Shown one piece after another: positions 1 through 8,566 of a DNA stretch of 64,000 nt (positions within the stretch are counted from its first letter, which is position 1; each line of letters starts with the position of its first letter). A program made the position numbers and the translations under genes. The notes under the pieces were generated by a model, which saw only the letters and a list, made by a program, of their open reading frames with translations, ran no database searches and had not been told where the DNA came from. The stretch is from Candidatus Nomurabacteria bacterium (GTDB lineage Bacteria > Patescibacteriota > Minisyncoccia > Phycocordibacterales > UBA918), in contig JACKGF010000001.1 of assembly GCA_020632095.1 (NCBI GenBank), positions 669,366 to 733,365 of the forward strand. The letters run 5' to 3'.

Positions 1-291
1 GTTGTCATCCAAATATGAACCAAAACAACTAATCGGTAGGCCCCTATCGACACCAAAGTTTGACCACACTGGTGACGCCAATGAAATCCAGCCTTTTGAC
101 ATGTATTTATAAAATTTGTCCGAAAAACCTTTTCGTTTCAGTGTTTTCTCAGCTTTGTCAGCAATTACTCGCACTCGTTCTTCGGGTGTTTGTTCGGGAG
201 ATAAGTATCCTCGAGATAGAAATGTGCGACTGTTTTCGTTCAACCAGTACCAAGGTTCCATAAATGTTCTATGATTAGTCTTTAATAATTT

Positions 292-1605
292 CTAAAATAA
301 GTCGTCGCTAGTCACGCTTGATGAGCGTTTGTTGTAGTTGATTGAGCGTTTTTGGAAGAAATCTACGTGCTTAGTAGCAATAACTTCGTTATCAAACCAG
401 TCTGTTTCCTCCAACAACGGCTCACTGACTTCAAATATCCGCGGTAGCCCGATTGAAGCTAGTGAGTTATTGAAGCGATTCTTCACAAATTCTTTCACAT
501 TCGCCGATGGCAAGAAATCCAATTCCCCTTGCTCAAAAATCCAGTCAATAATCTTACTCTCTGACTCATACGCCTCCTCACAAGCTTTAATCAACATGTT
601 GTTACACTCATCATCAAACCATTCTGGATGCTCTTTTCTAATGATATTAATCACGTCGATACCAAACATACCATGAAGATTTTCTTCCTTCGAAGTCGCC
701 TCCACCGCGTTACTGATTCCCTTAAACAAGTTTCGATGTCGGTTAAATGACATAATAATAAGGAACTGAGAAAATAGCGACACATGCTCCACAAACAGTG
801 AAAAAAGCATGATAGCTTGAGCGTATTCCTTGTCTTCAGTCGTGCGCGATAGTTCGTTCACCTTATCAAGATAATTCATTCGATCCTGAATAGCTGGAAT
901 GTTCTTAATTTTAGTGAACTCGTCATTAAGACCGAGGATTTCCAAAAGATGAGCGTAGGCATCAGTGTGACGCACTTCACTTTCAGCAAAAGTAGCCCCT
1001 ACCGAACCGATCTCTGGCTTTGGCAATTTCTTGTAGATATCTCCCCAAAAAGTCTTAACCGCCACTTCGATCTGTGCAATCGCCAACATAGCATTCCTAA
1101 TAGCATTTCGCTCCGACTCGTTTACATTGACATGAAAATCCTGCACATCGGAAGTGTAATTGAATTCGGTATGGACCCAGTACGAATGTCGAACAGCATC
1201 AGTGTATTCATACAATTCTGGATATTCATACGGCTTTAAGTTTTGCCGCTTAGCAAAAATATCCCGCTCGCGTAGCTTGCGCCGTTCGTTACGGTAAATA
1301 ATGTACGCTTTAGCAGTAGCAAAATAATCCTTCTCCATCAAGGCTTGTTCTACCAAGTCCTGAATTTCTTCCACTGCTGGATTACCATCCACACACTTAT
1401 GTGAGGCTGGGTCGTCTGGATCTGCGGCATGTGCCTTAACGCACATGTCTACAACTTTTTTATGAGCTAGTTCAGCCACCGCTTCAGCATCGACACGGTT
1501 TCCTTCGCCGGTTTCTGCCAGTGCTTTTGCGATAGCACTGGTGATCTTGCTAATATCAAATGGTTGAACTGACCCGTCTCGTTTTCTAATACCCTGAATT
1601 TCCAT
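292..1605 (-). CDS. nrdB: Class I ribonucleotide reductase small subunit (ferritin-like diiron R2) with N-terminal ATP-cone domain
   Basis: N-terminal ATP-cone signature (MEIQGIRKRDGSVQPFDISKI); R2 diiron ligand motifs (EVRHTDAYAHLL, EENLHGMFG, VEHVSLFSQF); C-terminal acidic tail ..SDDLF typical of R1-binding tails; TAG stop. Confidence 0.8.
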   Translation of the reverse strand: MEIQGIRKRDGSVQPFDISKITSAIAKALAETGEGNRVDAEAVAELAHKKVVDMCVKAHAADPDDPASHKCVDGNPAVEEIQDLVEQALMEKDYFATAKAYIIYRNERRKLRERDIFAKRQNLKPYEYPELYEYTDAVRHSYWVHTEFNYTSDVQDFHVNVNESERNAIRNAMLAIAQIEVAVKTFWGDIYKKLPKPEIGSVGATFAESEVRHTDAYAHLLEILGLNDEFTKIKNIPAIQDRMNYLDKVNELSRTTEDKEYAQAIMLFSLFVEHVSLFSQFLIIMSFNRHRNLFKGISNAVEATSKEENLHGMFGIDVINIIRKEHPEWFDDECNNMLIKACEEAYESESKIIDWIFEQGELDFLPSANVKEFVKNRFNNSLASIGLPRIFEVSEPLLEETDWFDNEVIATKHVDFFQKRSINYNKRSSSVTSDDLF

Positions 1606-2057
1606 ATCAATCTTTAATAAATTGGAGCTAATAGTGACTACAAGGATTGCGAACAGACATAATTGGTGGAAGAATTACTGTTTAAACAGTCAATTAGGTC
1701 TATGTGCAATCAAGGTCGCGACAAACACACAACCAGATTAACCTGGTTACAAATTCTTTTTGAGAATTGTGTGTCTTACCTCCGACACACGATGGCTTCG
1801 TGTGATGATCCAATATTAACATTTATTTGCTTTCAGTATCCATATCTTGCGTACGTAAACTAAGGGTATTTTATAGCTCAGGTACTTAAATCTGTGGATA
1901 ACTACTGCATAGCAAAAATAGAAATCATTATTGCTAGCCTGCCAATATATACATGGTTATTTTTTTGTTTCCCATTAGTAAAATAAGTTGACAACGCGAT
2001 TATAAATTTCCTCTTTTGGTAAATTAACTGGTGTAATTAACAAATTATCTAGTGAAT

Positions 2058-2519
2058 TTACCAAGCTGTATAGCGAAAAACCGCTTCGATTGGACGATAA
2101 TCTACTGGGTGTTTAGCAACTTTTTTAACCCTATGATCAGTCGACACCACTTCCCCTTTAGACAAGGCTAAACCAACATGAGCGTTTGAAGTACCATCCT
2201 TAAACTTAGTTTTAACATAAAAAATCACATCCCCAGGCTCAATGGTGTCAACTTCTACCGTCTGCCAATTACTATCATTAACAATTACTTCCTTTAACTT
2301 CAAAACGGTCGCTCGAGGCTTTTCAATAACTCTCAGCAACATCAAAACTGAACTCACATAAAAAGCACAAGAGAATTCCCCGTCGTTAAGAATATCGGTA
2401 ACAGCGCCCGAATCTTTCAGACGCACAAACATCGAGTTAAACATCTTGCTCCCGATACTATTCTCAATAATTATTAAAAAAGATTCCTTTCTCAAGATTT
2501 CAATGTTTGAATCTGACAT
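2058..2519 (-). CDS. Hypothetical protein, possible NlpC/P60-like papain-fold hydrolase
   Basis: Cys-containing segment GEFSCAFYVSSVL followed by GDVIFY...AHVGLAL, resembling the Cys/His arrangement of NlpC/P60; weak. Confidence 0.3.
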   Translation of the reverse strand: MSDSNIEILRKESFLIIIENSIGSKMFNSMFVRLKDSGAVTDILNDGEFSCAFYVSSVLMLLRVIEKPRATVLKLKEVIVNDSNWQTVEVDTIEPGDVIFYVKTKFKDGTSNAHVGLALSKGEVVSTDHRVKKVAKHPVDYRPIEAVFRYTAW

Positions 2520-2624
2520 GGCTTAATTATAGCAAAGCAATTTAACTCTTTTGGAGTTTTTAACGAAAACAGCCAAAGAAAAATCCCGCCGGTGAGGGCG
2601 GGATTTGGTTAAAAAACGAAATGA

Positions 2625-4118
2625 CTAAAGAACTTCGTTGGCGTAATCTGCCAACCGCGAACGCTCACCACGCTGGAGAGTAATATGGCCGGCGTGCGCC
2701 CATCCCTTGAAGCGATCGACGACATAGGCGAGACCGGAGCTGCCCTCGGTAAGATAGGGCGTATCGATCTGGGCAATGTTGCCGAGACAGACCACCTTTG
2801 TCCTAGGACCAGCCCGCGTAATCAGCGTCTTCATCTGCTTCGGCGTCAGGTTCTGTGCTTCATCGATGATCAGGAATTTGTTGAGGAAGGTCCGGCCGCG
2901 CATGAAGTTGAGCGACTTGACCTTGATCCGGTTGCGAATCAGATCGTGTGTAGCCGCACGGCCCCAGTCGCCGGCATCGTTTTCGCTCTTGTTGAGTACC
3001 TCGAGGTTGTCTTCGAGGGCGCCCATCCACGGCCCCATCTTCTCTTCCTCGGTCCCCGGCAAGAAGCCGATATCCTCCCCCACCGACACAGTGACGCGAG
3101 TCATAATGATTTGACTGTATCTCTTAGAATCAAGGACCTGCGTCAGCGCTGCCGCCAAAGTGAGTAACGTCTTGCCAGTGCCAGCTTGACCAAGCAAGGT
3201 AACGAAATCAATTTCCGGATTCATCAGCAGATTCAACGCGAAATTTTGCTCACGGTTACGGGCATTGATTCCCCAGACATTGTTCTTGGGGTGAGTATAG
3301 TCGGTCAAAGTTGAAAGAACGGTTGCTCCGTCCGATACCTCACGCACCATTAACTGAAAAGGTGTTTCTCCTTCCATTACAAGGAACTGGTTGACTGGAT
3401 ACGGCGGGCGAGACGTTCCCTTAAAAGAGTACAAAACATGCCCATTGTCTCTGCCTGTCTCCATTCCTTCCGCGTACTCATTCCAAAACTCTGAACTCAA
3501 TTCACGTACGCCGGTGTACAAGTTATCGGTGTCTTCCAACACCTTGTCGTTAAAGTAATCCTGCGCTTGCAGCCCAAGCGTGCGGGCCTTGATCCGCATG
3601 TTGATGTCTTTGGACACCAGGATCACCAGACGTTTCGGATGCTGACGTTGCAGGTGGATAACGACCGCCAAAATCTGGTTGTCGGCTTTGGCCGTCGGTA
3701 GTCCTATTGGGAGTTCACTGGCGATTACCTCTGTCTGAAGGAAAAGGCGACCGTTGGCCATTCCACCAGACAGTCCGTTGAGTGCGATACCCTGGTCGAT
3801 GGCGTCGTCCGTACTGTTGACGATCTCGTCGAGTTTTCGTGTCGCCTCACGAACATTGCGGGCAACCTCAGACACTCCCTTCTTGTGATTATCCATTTCC
3901 TCAAGGGTCATAATCGGCAGAAAGACGTCGTGCTCTTCGAAGCGGTAGACACTCGTCGGGTCGTGCATCAAAACATTTGTATCGAGAACAAACAATTTCG
4001 GACCTACCACCTCAGCGACTGCAACATCAACGGGTTTTTTAGTGGCCACGGTAAAACCTCCATATTTAATCAAAAAGACCAGAGTACCACTCTGGGTACA
4101 GCTATGACTGTTATACAC
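2625..4118 (-). CDS. PIN domain + PhoH-like ATPase (YlaK/PhoH2 family)
   Basis: N-terminal PIN motif VLDTNVLMHDP; Walker A LLGQAGTGKTLLTLAAA; Walker B FLIIDEAQNL; GC-rich relative to surroundings; true start may be internal. Confidence 0.85.
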   Translation of the reverse strand: MYNSHSCTQSGTLVFLIKYGGFTVATKKPVDVAVAEVVGPKLFVLDTNVLMHDPTSVYRFEEHDVFLPIMTLEEMDNHKKGVSEVARNVREATRKLDEIVNSTDDAIDQGIALNGLSGGMANGRLFLQTEVIASELPIGLPTAKADNQILAVVIHLQRQHPKRLVILVSKDINMRIKARTLGLQAQDYFNDKVLEDTDNLYTGVRELSSEFWNEYAEGMETGRDNGHVLYSFKGTSRPPYPVNQFLVMEGETPFQLMVREVSDGATVLSTLTDYTHPKNNVWGINARNREQNFALNLLMNPEIDFVTLLGQAGTGKTLLTLAAALTQVLDSKRYSQIIMTRVTVSVGEDIGFLPGTEEEKMGPWMGALEDNLEVLNKSENDAGDWGRAATHDLIRNRIKVKSLNFMRGRTFLNKFLIIDEAQNLTPKQMKTLITRAGPRTKVVCLGNIAQIDTPYLTEGSSGLAYVVDRFKGWAHAGHITLQRGERSRLADYANEVL

Positions 4119-4205
4119 TTACTTTTTGAGCAATACAAGACTTGGGGTTTATGGAGAAACAGCAAAAAGGCCCGCGGCGAAGCCGCGGGCCTTTTTGACA
4201 CCTTT

Positions 4206-4601
4206 CTACTTCTGCAAACTATCGCGAATCTCCCGCAGCAATTGAATTTCCTCTGACGGCTCTTGTGGTTTCTTGGCTTCTTCTTTTACCTTCTTTTCCT
4301 CCATTAGACCCTTAGCTTTATTGATGGCTTTGACTAAAATAAAAATCACTAAAGAGACAATTAAAAAATCAATGATTGATTGCAGGAATACACCATATGT
4401 AATCTCAGCATCACCCACGATGTACTTCAGACCAGAGAAATTTTCTCCGCCCATAATCAAACCAATAGATGGTGTAATTATATTACTCACCAGAGAAGAA
4501 ACTATTTTTCCAAAAGCAGTTCCAATAACCACTGCGACTGCTAGATCAATTACATTCCCCTTAATCGCAAATGCTTTAAACTCGTCAATAAAACCTTTCA
4601 T
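4206..4601 (-). CDS. mscL: Large-conductance mechanosensitive channel MscL
   Basis: MKGFIDEFKAFAIKGNVIDLAVAVVIGTAFGKIVSSLVSNIITP closely matches the MscL N-terminus and TM1; charged C-terminal helix. Confidence 0.9.
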   Translation of the reverse strand: MKGFIDEFKAFAIKGNVIDLAVAVVIGTAFGKIVSSLVSNIITPSIGLIMGGENFSGLKYIVGDAEITYGVFLQSIIDFLIVSLVIFILVKAINKAKGLMEEKKVKEEAKKPQEPSEEIQLLREIRDSLQK

Positions 4602-4841
4602 AGAAAATGATTAAGTGATAATAAATCTTGCTACATAAAACCCAATTCCTGCTCCTAATAGAAAAGTGAAAATAAGGGTTATCATCATTGCTACTTGATC
4701 CATATTTAATAAGTATACATTGTATGAGAGTAATTCGACAGCTAAGCCCTCGACTTTTGCGCCAAAAATAGGTATAACTATGGCCACAACGAGTGTGGTG
4801 CGGTGAGGCATACGCCCCACCGCACCACACTCGTCCAAAAT

Positions 4842-4914
4842 GGCGGCTATAGTATAACGGTTAATGCATCGGTTTGTGGTACCGATAATTCGGGTTCGAT
4901 TCCCGGTAGCCGCC
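4842..4914 (+). tRNA. tRNA-His (anticodon GTG) with encoded G-1; CCA not encoded
   Basis: Cloverleaf folded by hand: G-1 + acceptor GCGGCTA/TAGCCGC, D-stem GTAT/ATGC, anticodon stem TCGGT/ACCGA with loop TTGTGGT, T-arm TCGGG-TTCGATT-CCCGG, discriminator C. Confidence 0.9.
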
Positions 4915-4996
4915 CAATAAAGTAGCTAGAAACATTTGATTCAAATAATACCCAAATATTATACTTTGGTATTGGTATATGAATACACATACTATT

Positions 4997-5113
4997 TTGA
5001 ATGTTAAAACCGACAAGAAGTTGAAAGCTGAGGCCAAGAAAAGCAATCAAAAGCAAGTGCCGAGAGATGTTGGTGTTCAACCATTAGGCCGCACGGCCTT
5101 CACTTTGTATTGA
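4997..5113 (+). pseudogene. Remnant of DinJ/RelB-family antitoxin N-terminus (partial duplicate of 7921-8182), including operator-like palindrome upstream
   Basis: Approximately 100-nt near-identical copy of tatactttggtat..tatgaatacacatactattttgaatgttaaaaccgacaagaagtt.aaagc.gaggc.aa.aa; translates LNVKTDKKLKAEAKK.. then diverges; stop after 38 codons. Confidence 0.4.
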
Positions 5114-5169
5114 CTTTCAATACTTTTTTACTATTCTAAATCACAGAAACTCAATTACACCAAAGTGAG

Positions 5170-5754
5170 GTGAACATGAATCGTACTATTATAACCATCA
5201 CTGGTGCATCTGGTGTTGGCAAATCAACTCTTGAAGAAAGCTTAATCGAACACTTTGGTGGTGGCAGAATCGTCTCACACACATCACGAGACCCACGCCC
5301 AGGAGAGATTAAAACAAACTATGTTTTTTGCCAAAAATGGAAGTTGCGTTTTTGGATGTGCATTAACATCTTCTGTAGGACGGATTATTTATGGGTTATA
5401 AATGCCCATGGGAATCTGTATGCAGCACACACATCTCAATTCTATACTGCACTCAACGAGACTGGTTCGATTGCGTTTGGCTGCATATCGGACGGGTGTC
5501 ATCAGATAGTGGCCGATAGGTTTGAACCTGAGGGTATTGTCTGCAAAGCTATCCATCTGCTGCACCCAGGTGATTCTGAATTACGCCGTCGACTTGAAGG
5601 GCGCAAAGAAGATCCAGTCACCATTGAGAGACGCATCGAAAACTCCACAAAGTTAGAGAAAAAATCTCTAAAAAACCCTAATCTTTACCTGATTGAACCA
5701 GGTTCACCAGAGCAGGTTTTCAATCAAGTTATAGATATAATACACACCACCTAA
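5170..5754 (+). CDS. Divergent guanylate kinase-like P-loop protein (paralog)
   Basis: P-loop GASGVGKST; HTSRDPRPGE resembles the Gmk TTRxPRxGE motif; ..GNLYAAHTS resembles GNYYGTS; LRRRLEGRKED resembles LxxRLxxRGxD; central region divergent. Confidence 0.55.
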   Translation: MNMNRTIITITGASGVGKSTLEESLIEHFGGGRIVSHTSRDPRPGEIKTNYVFCQKWKLRFWMCINIFCRTDYLWVINAHGNLYAAHTSQFYTALNETGSIAFGCISDGCHQIVADRFEPEGIVCKAIHLLHPGDSELRRRLEGRKEDPVTIERRIENSTKLEKKSLKNPNLYLIEPGSPEQVFNQVIDIIHTT

Positions 5755-5836
5755 CCAAAAGCGCTCTGCAAATCCAGAGCGCTTTACTCATTTACAACGC
5801 CACAACTATTTATGAACGTGCTACTATCAAAGTATT

Positions 5837-6283
5837 ATGTCTACTAAATCATTACCCTCACTACCAAACTGCTTCTATCGGGTCAGCATAAAAGGACTCA
5901 TACTAAATGAACAAAGAAACAAGTTTTTAATTGGTAGAGACGAGGCAGGCTTTTGGGATCTACCTGGAGGCGGTCTAGAGTGGGGGGCTGCGCCGCAAGA
6001 AGATCTTACCAGAGAGATTGAAGAAGAAATGCAGTTGGCAGTTACAAAAGTTGCCGATCGGCCATGCTATTTTCTCACTGGACGACAAACAGTGAATCCA
6101 AATGTTCGCATCGCAAATGTTATCTATGAATGCCAAATTGCCAATTTTGATTTCACTCCTACGCCTGAATGTCTAGAAATCCAATTTGTAGACACAAAAG
6201 CTATTATTGATTTGGAAGTATCAGACACCGTGAGAGAGTTAATAAAAATATTTGATCCACAAAACCACACACAGCCGATCTAA
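5837..6283 (+). CDS. NUDIX hydrolase
   Basis: Nudix box GGGLEWGAAPQEDLTREIEEEMQL (GX5EX7REUXEEXGU). Confidence 0.85.
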   Translation: MSTKSLPSLPNCFYRVSIKGLILNEQRNKFLIGRDEAGFWDLPGGGLEWGAAPQEDLTREIEEEMQLAVTKVADRPCYFLTGRQTVNPNVRIANVIYECQIANFDFTPTPECLEIQFVDTKAIIDLEVSDTVRELIKIFDPQNHTQPI

Positions 6284-6489
6284 AGAGCTTTTGTTATTGA
6301 GGGAAATATGAAGTTGAGTATTCTACTCAACAACAACCCTTGCCTCTTCTAACCATTCCACCACTAAATCCTCAAACTGTTTCCCCCCGAGAGACAGCAC
6401 GTGCCCAACATTTTGAGGCTTGTCTACAAGCTTATATCAGATACCTTAGTGAAAGGGTTGAATTAATAAGTGTTATGAATAATCTACTC

Positions 6490-6948
6490 TTATGCTTCCA
6501 AAGTAGCAATATCAATCTTTTTCATTTGCAGTAACTTCTCCCAGGCACCTGGAGTGAGCATTATGTCCTCGATGTTTTCGGGATTGATCTGCCACGATAG
6601 ACCATACTTATCTTTACACCATCCACACACACTTTCTTCTCCACCATTCCTTGTTAGCGCATCCCAGTAGTAGTCTATTTCTGCCTGGTCTTTACAAGCG
6701 ATATTAAAGGATACTGCCTCATTGAAAGTAAATTCATTTCCTGCATTTATTGCCACAAATTCTTGTCCCAGCAATTCAAAATAAATAGCAAGCACCTGAC
6801 CAGCAAATGGTTCCTGGAAATCCAACAATCCCTCGGTCGGATAATATGACTTGGTGATGATTTTTGCGTCTTTGAAAACTGTTAGATAGAAGTCCACTGC
6901 CTCCTCGGCATTTCCTTTAAACCAGAGGTTTGGAGTTATTTTTTGCAT
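6490..6948 (-). CDS. VOC/glyoxalase-superfamily protein of the PhnB/YjdN type
   Basis: N-terminus ITPNLWFKGNAEEAVDFYLTVF typical of PhnB-like VOC proteins. Confidence 0.55.
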   Translation of the reverse strand: MQKITPNLWFKGNAEEAVDFYLTVFKDAKIITKSYYPTEGLLDFQEPFAGQVLAIYFELLGQEFVAINAGNEFTFNEAVSFNIACKDQAEIDYYWDALTRNGGEESVCGWCKDKYGLSWQINPENIEDIMLTPGAWEKLLQMKKIDIATLEA

Positions 6949-7159
6949 AGTTCATTTTAACACCATATTAGGTATGTATATAGTCGGTTCATTTATTTGC
7001 TCGAAAGTAGTTCGAATATTCTCCACTACGTCTTCCCTCCAGTGAAAATAACTTGTTTTTACCAAGGTATACATACATATTTCAGTTCTGATATTTCATA
7101 ACTTGCAAGCTTATTATAATTTGTTATGATTAAATCATATTAAATTATCATATAATCCT

Positions 7160-7366
7160 ATGACTACTCTATCCGTACCACTTACCCCAGAACTCGCAAA
7201 GTTCGTAGAAGAAGCTACTAAAAGTAGTGGACTTACTAAGTCTGACATAATGCGTCAAGCACTAACTTTTTATGCAGAGGAACAGGCTGTACGCAAAATA
7301 CTACTTGCTTCAAATGAACCATCTCTTAAAGGTGATTTACGTGAACTGATGAACAAAATAAATTAA
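7160..7366 (+). CDS. ParD/CopG-like ribbon-helix-helix antitoxin
   Basis: 68 aa; LTPELAKFVEEATKSSGLTKSDIMRQAL is a ribbon-helix-helix-like N-terminus; 1-nt gap to the downstream toxin gene. Confidence 0.6.
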   Translation: MTTLSVPLTPELAKFVEEATKSSGLTKSDIMRQALTFYAEEQAVRKILLASNEPSLKGDLRELMNKIN

Positions 7367-7367
7367 T

Positions 7368-7625
7368 ATGCTCATCAGCTATAAACCATCGTTTGTTCGA
7401 GAGTTTAAAAAATTACCTGTTGAACTACAAGAAGAAGCAATGGAGAGAATAGATCTTTTCAAAGACGTTAAAAATCATAAAAAATTAAAAGTTCACAAAC
7501 TCAAAGGAAGACTCAAGGACTTCCACAGTTTTTCTGTTACTTATTCACATCGTATCGTTTTCAGTTATGAATCAAAGGAAGAAATAGTGCTTATCGCAGT
7601 TGGAGACCACGATGTCTATAAATAG
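7368..7625 (+). CDS. RelE/ParE-family toxin
   Basis: 85 aa; pattern F.KLP...Q......I.....P......KLKG.....HR.....YRIV....EEIVLIAVGDHDVY matches RelE/ParE. Confidence 0.7.
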   Translation: MLISYKPSFVREFKKLPVELQEEAMERIDLFKDVKNHKKLKVHKLKGRLKDFHSFSVTYSHRIVFSYESKEEIVLIAVGDHDVYK

Positions 7626-7769
7626 TGAGTTGGTGTAGAGTCACTTACGTTTACTCCATTTCAAATCCAGGCATGAACTGCCCCGATGCAAGGATGCGGA
7701 GTAAAGTTGGAATATACAACACTGCATCTCACTTTCCTTGAAACACAGCTCAAACCCCTCTTACTGACG

Positions 7770-7832
7770 CTGTTCAGGTTGTCGCTCTTACGAGCTGGCA
7801 ACCTCTTGCAAAAATGCCCCGCACTTTCTCAC
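7770..7832 (-). repeat. Copy A of a structured-RNA-like motif family (GTGAGAAAGT.YGGG..A.TTT.GCAAG + GNRA hairpin)
   Basis: Reverse complement reads GTGAGAAAGTGCGGGGCATTTTTGCAAGAGGTTGCCAGCTCGTAAGAGCGACAACCTGAACAG; homologous to 35684-35748 and 56847-56909 with compensatory stem changes. Confidence 0.5.
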
Positions 7833-7920
7833 TCTACGACGTCGCCCCTAAAGAAAGTAACTCCGCTTGACGCAAATAATACCAAAGTATATACTTTGGT
7901 ATATGAATACACATACTATT

Positions 7921-8182
7921 TTGAATGTTAAAACCGACAAGAAGTTAAAAGCCGAGGCTAAAAAGTTTCAGAAGAATTGGGTGTGCCTTTGAGCACTGTT
8001 ATTAATCTTTTCTAAAGCAATTTGTGCGCGATAAAGAGATAACTCTTTCCGCCAATCAGTACCGCCCTACCCCATACCTTGAAAGTATCCTTGAACAAGC
8101 TCAGTTAGAGTACGAAGCTGGTGATTTTGTAGGACCATTTAAAACTGGGGATGATTTTACTGCTCACTTGAAGTCTTTGTAG
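7921..8182 (+). pseudogene. DinJ/RelB-family antitoxin, disrupted by two frameshifts
   Basis: Three frames concatenate to MNVKTDKKLKAEAKK / VSEELGVPLSTVINLF / LKQFVRDKEITLSANQYRPTPYLESILEQAQLEYEAGDFVGPFKTGDDFTAHLKSL, a full-length DinJ-like antitoxin; perfect palindrome ATACCAAAGTATATACTTTGGTAT upstream is a candidate operator. Confidence 0.65.
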
Positions 8183-8183
8183 T

Positions 8184-8445
8184 ATGCAGTACATCCTTTC
8201 GAGACGATTTGAAAAAGATTTTGCAAAACTCCCCCCAAGCAACAAAAAAGAAAGCTATCGCTACATTTGAAAAATTTGTGGAAAATCCTCAAAATCCTAC
8301 CCTCCGAAATCACAGCCTACCTGGAAAATGGAAGGGGCACTTTAGTATCAATATCACTGGTGACACTCGCGCAATATATTTTGTTATCGAAGACGATGTG
8401 GTGAGATTTGTAGCGATTGGTTCACATAGTGAATTGTATGGTTAG
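8184..8445 (+). pseudogene. YafQ/RelE-family toxin, frameshifted at an A-run
   Basis: MQYILSRRFEKDFAKLPPSNKK (frame 0) continues as KAIATFEKFVENPQNPTLRNHSLPGKWKGHFSINITGDTRAIYFVIEDDVVRFVAIGSHSELYG (frame +1); frameshift at caacaaaaaagaaagc; starts 1 nt after the antitoxin stop. Confidence 0.65.
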
Positions 8446-8566
8446 CAATATATTTTAGTTGGTTTTTCTTCCGACTGTTTTTGTCCAGAAATGCTATCGT
8501 TTCTCCGACAACTTAATGTAGTGAAGACAAATACCGAGCCTGCAAGCTCTAAGTAGTAACAAAATC

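Noticed and set aside
1606-2057. NrdR boxes or cobalamin riboswitch upstream of nrdB
   Set aside because: Only weak partial palindromes (ACAAATTC..GAATTGTGT) and no B12-box (GCCACTG); insufficient evidence.
338-4256. Antisense or overlapping ORFs inside nrdB, PIN-phoH and mscL (338-676, 949-1239, 2685-3167, 2776-3114, 3885-4256, 4273-4614)
   Set aside because: Fully embedded in well-supported genes on the opposite strand; no motifs; typical GC-rich or AT-poor-stop artefacts.
4611-4838. 75-aa ORF between mscL and tRNA-His
   Set aside because: No motif, abuts tRNA-His, and the tRNA upstream region likely holds its promoter. Possibly a tiny membrane peptide but unsupported.
7686-7931. Track ORFs overlapping the three motif copies (7686-7931 +, 35647-35856 -, 56716-56931 +) sharing LFRLSLLRAGNLLQK
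   Set aside because: The amino-acid similarity merely reflects nucleotide identity. The copies are on different strands and frames, with stem-preserving substitutions, so the conservation is RNA/DNA structural, not coding.
7921-8445. Frameshifts in DinJ/YafQ and the second TnpA as sequencing errors or programmed frameshifts
   Set aside because: Long genes with many A-runs (SNF2 1180 aa, GH3 635 aa, PEP enzyme 682 aa) are intact, so systematic homopolymer error is unlikely. Three separate shifts in one small TA operon fit decay rather than programmed frameshifting. Read-level check still recommended.
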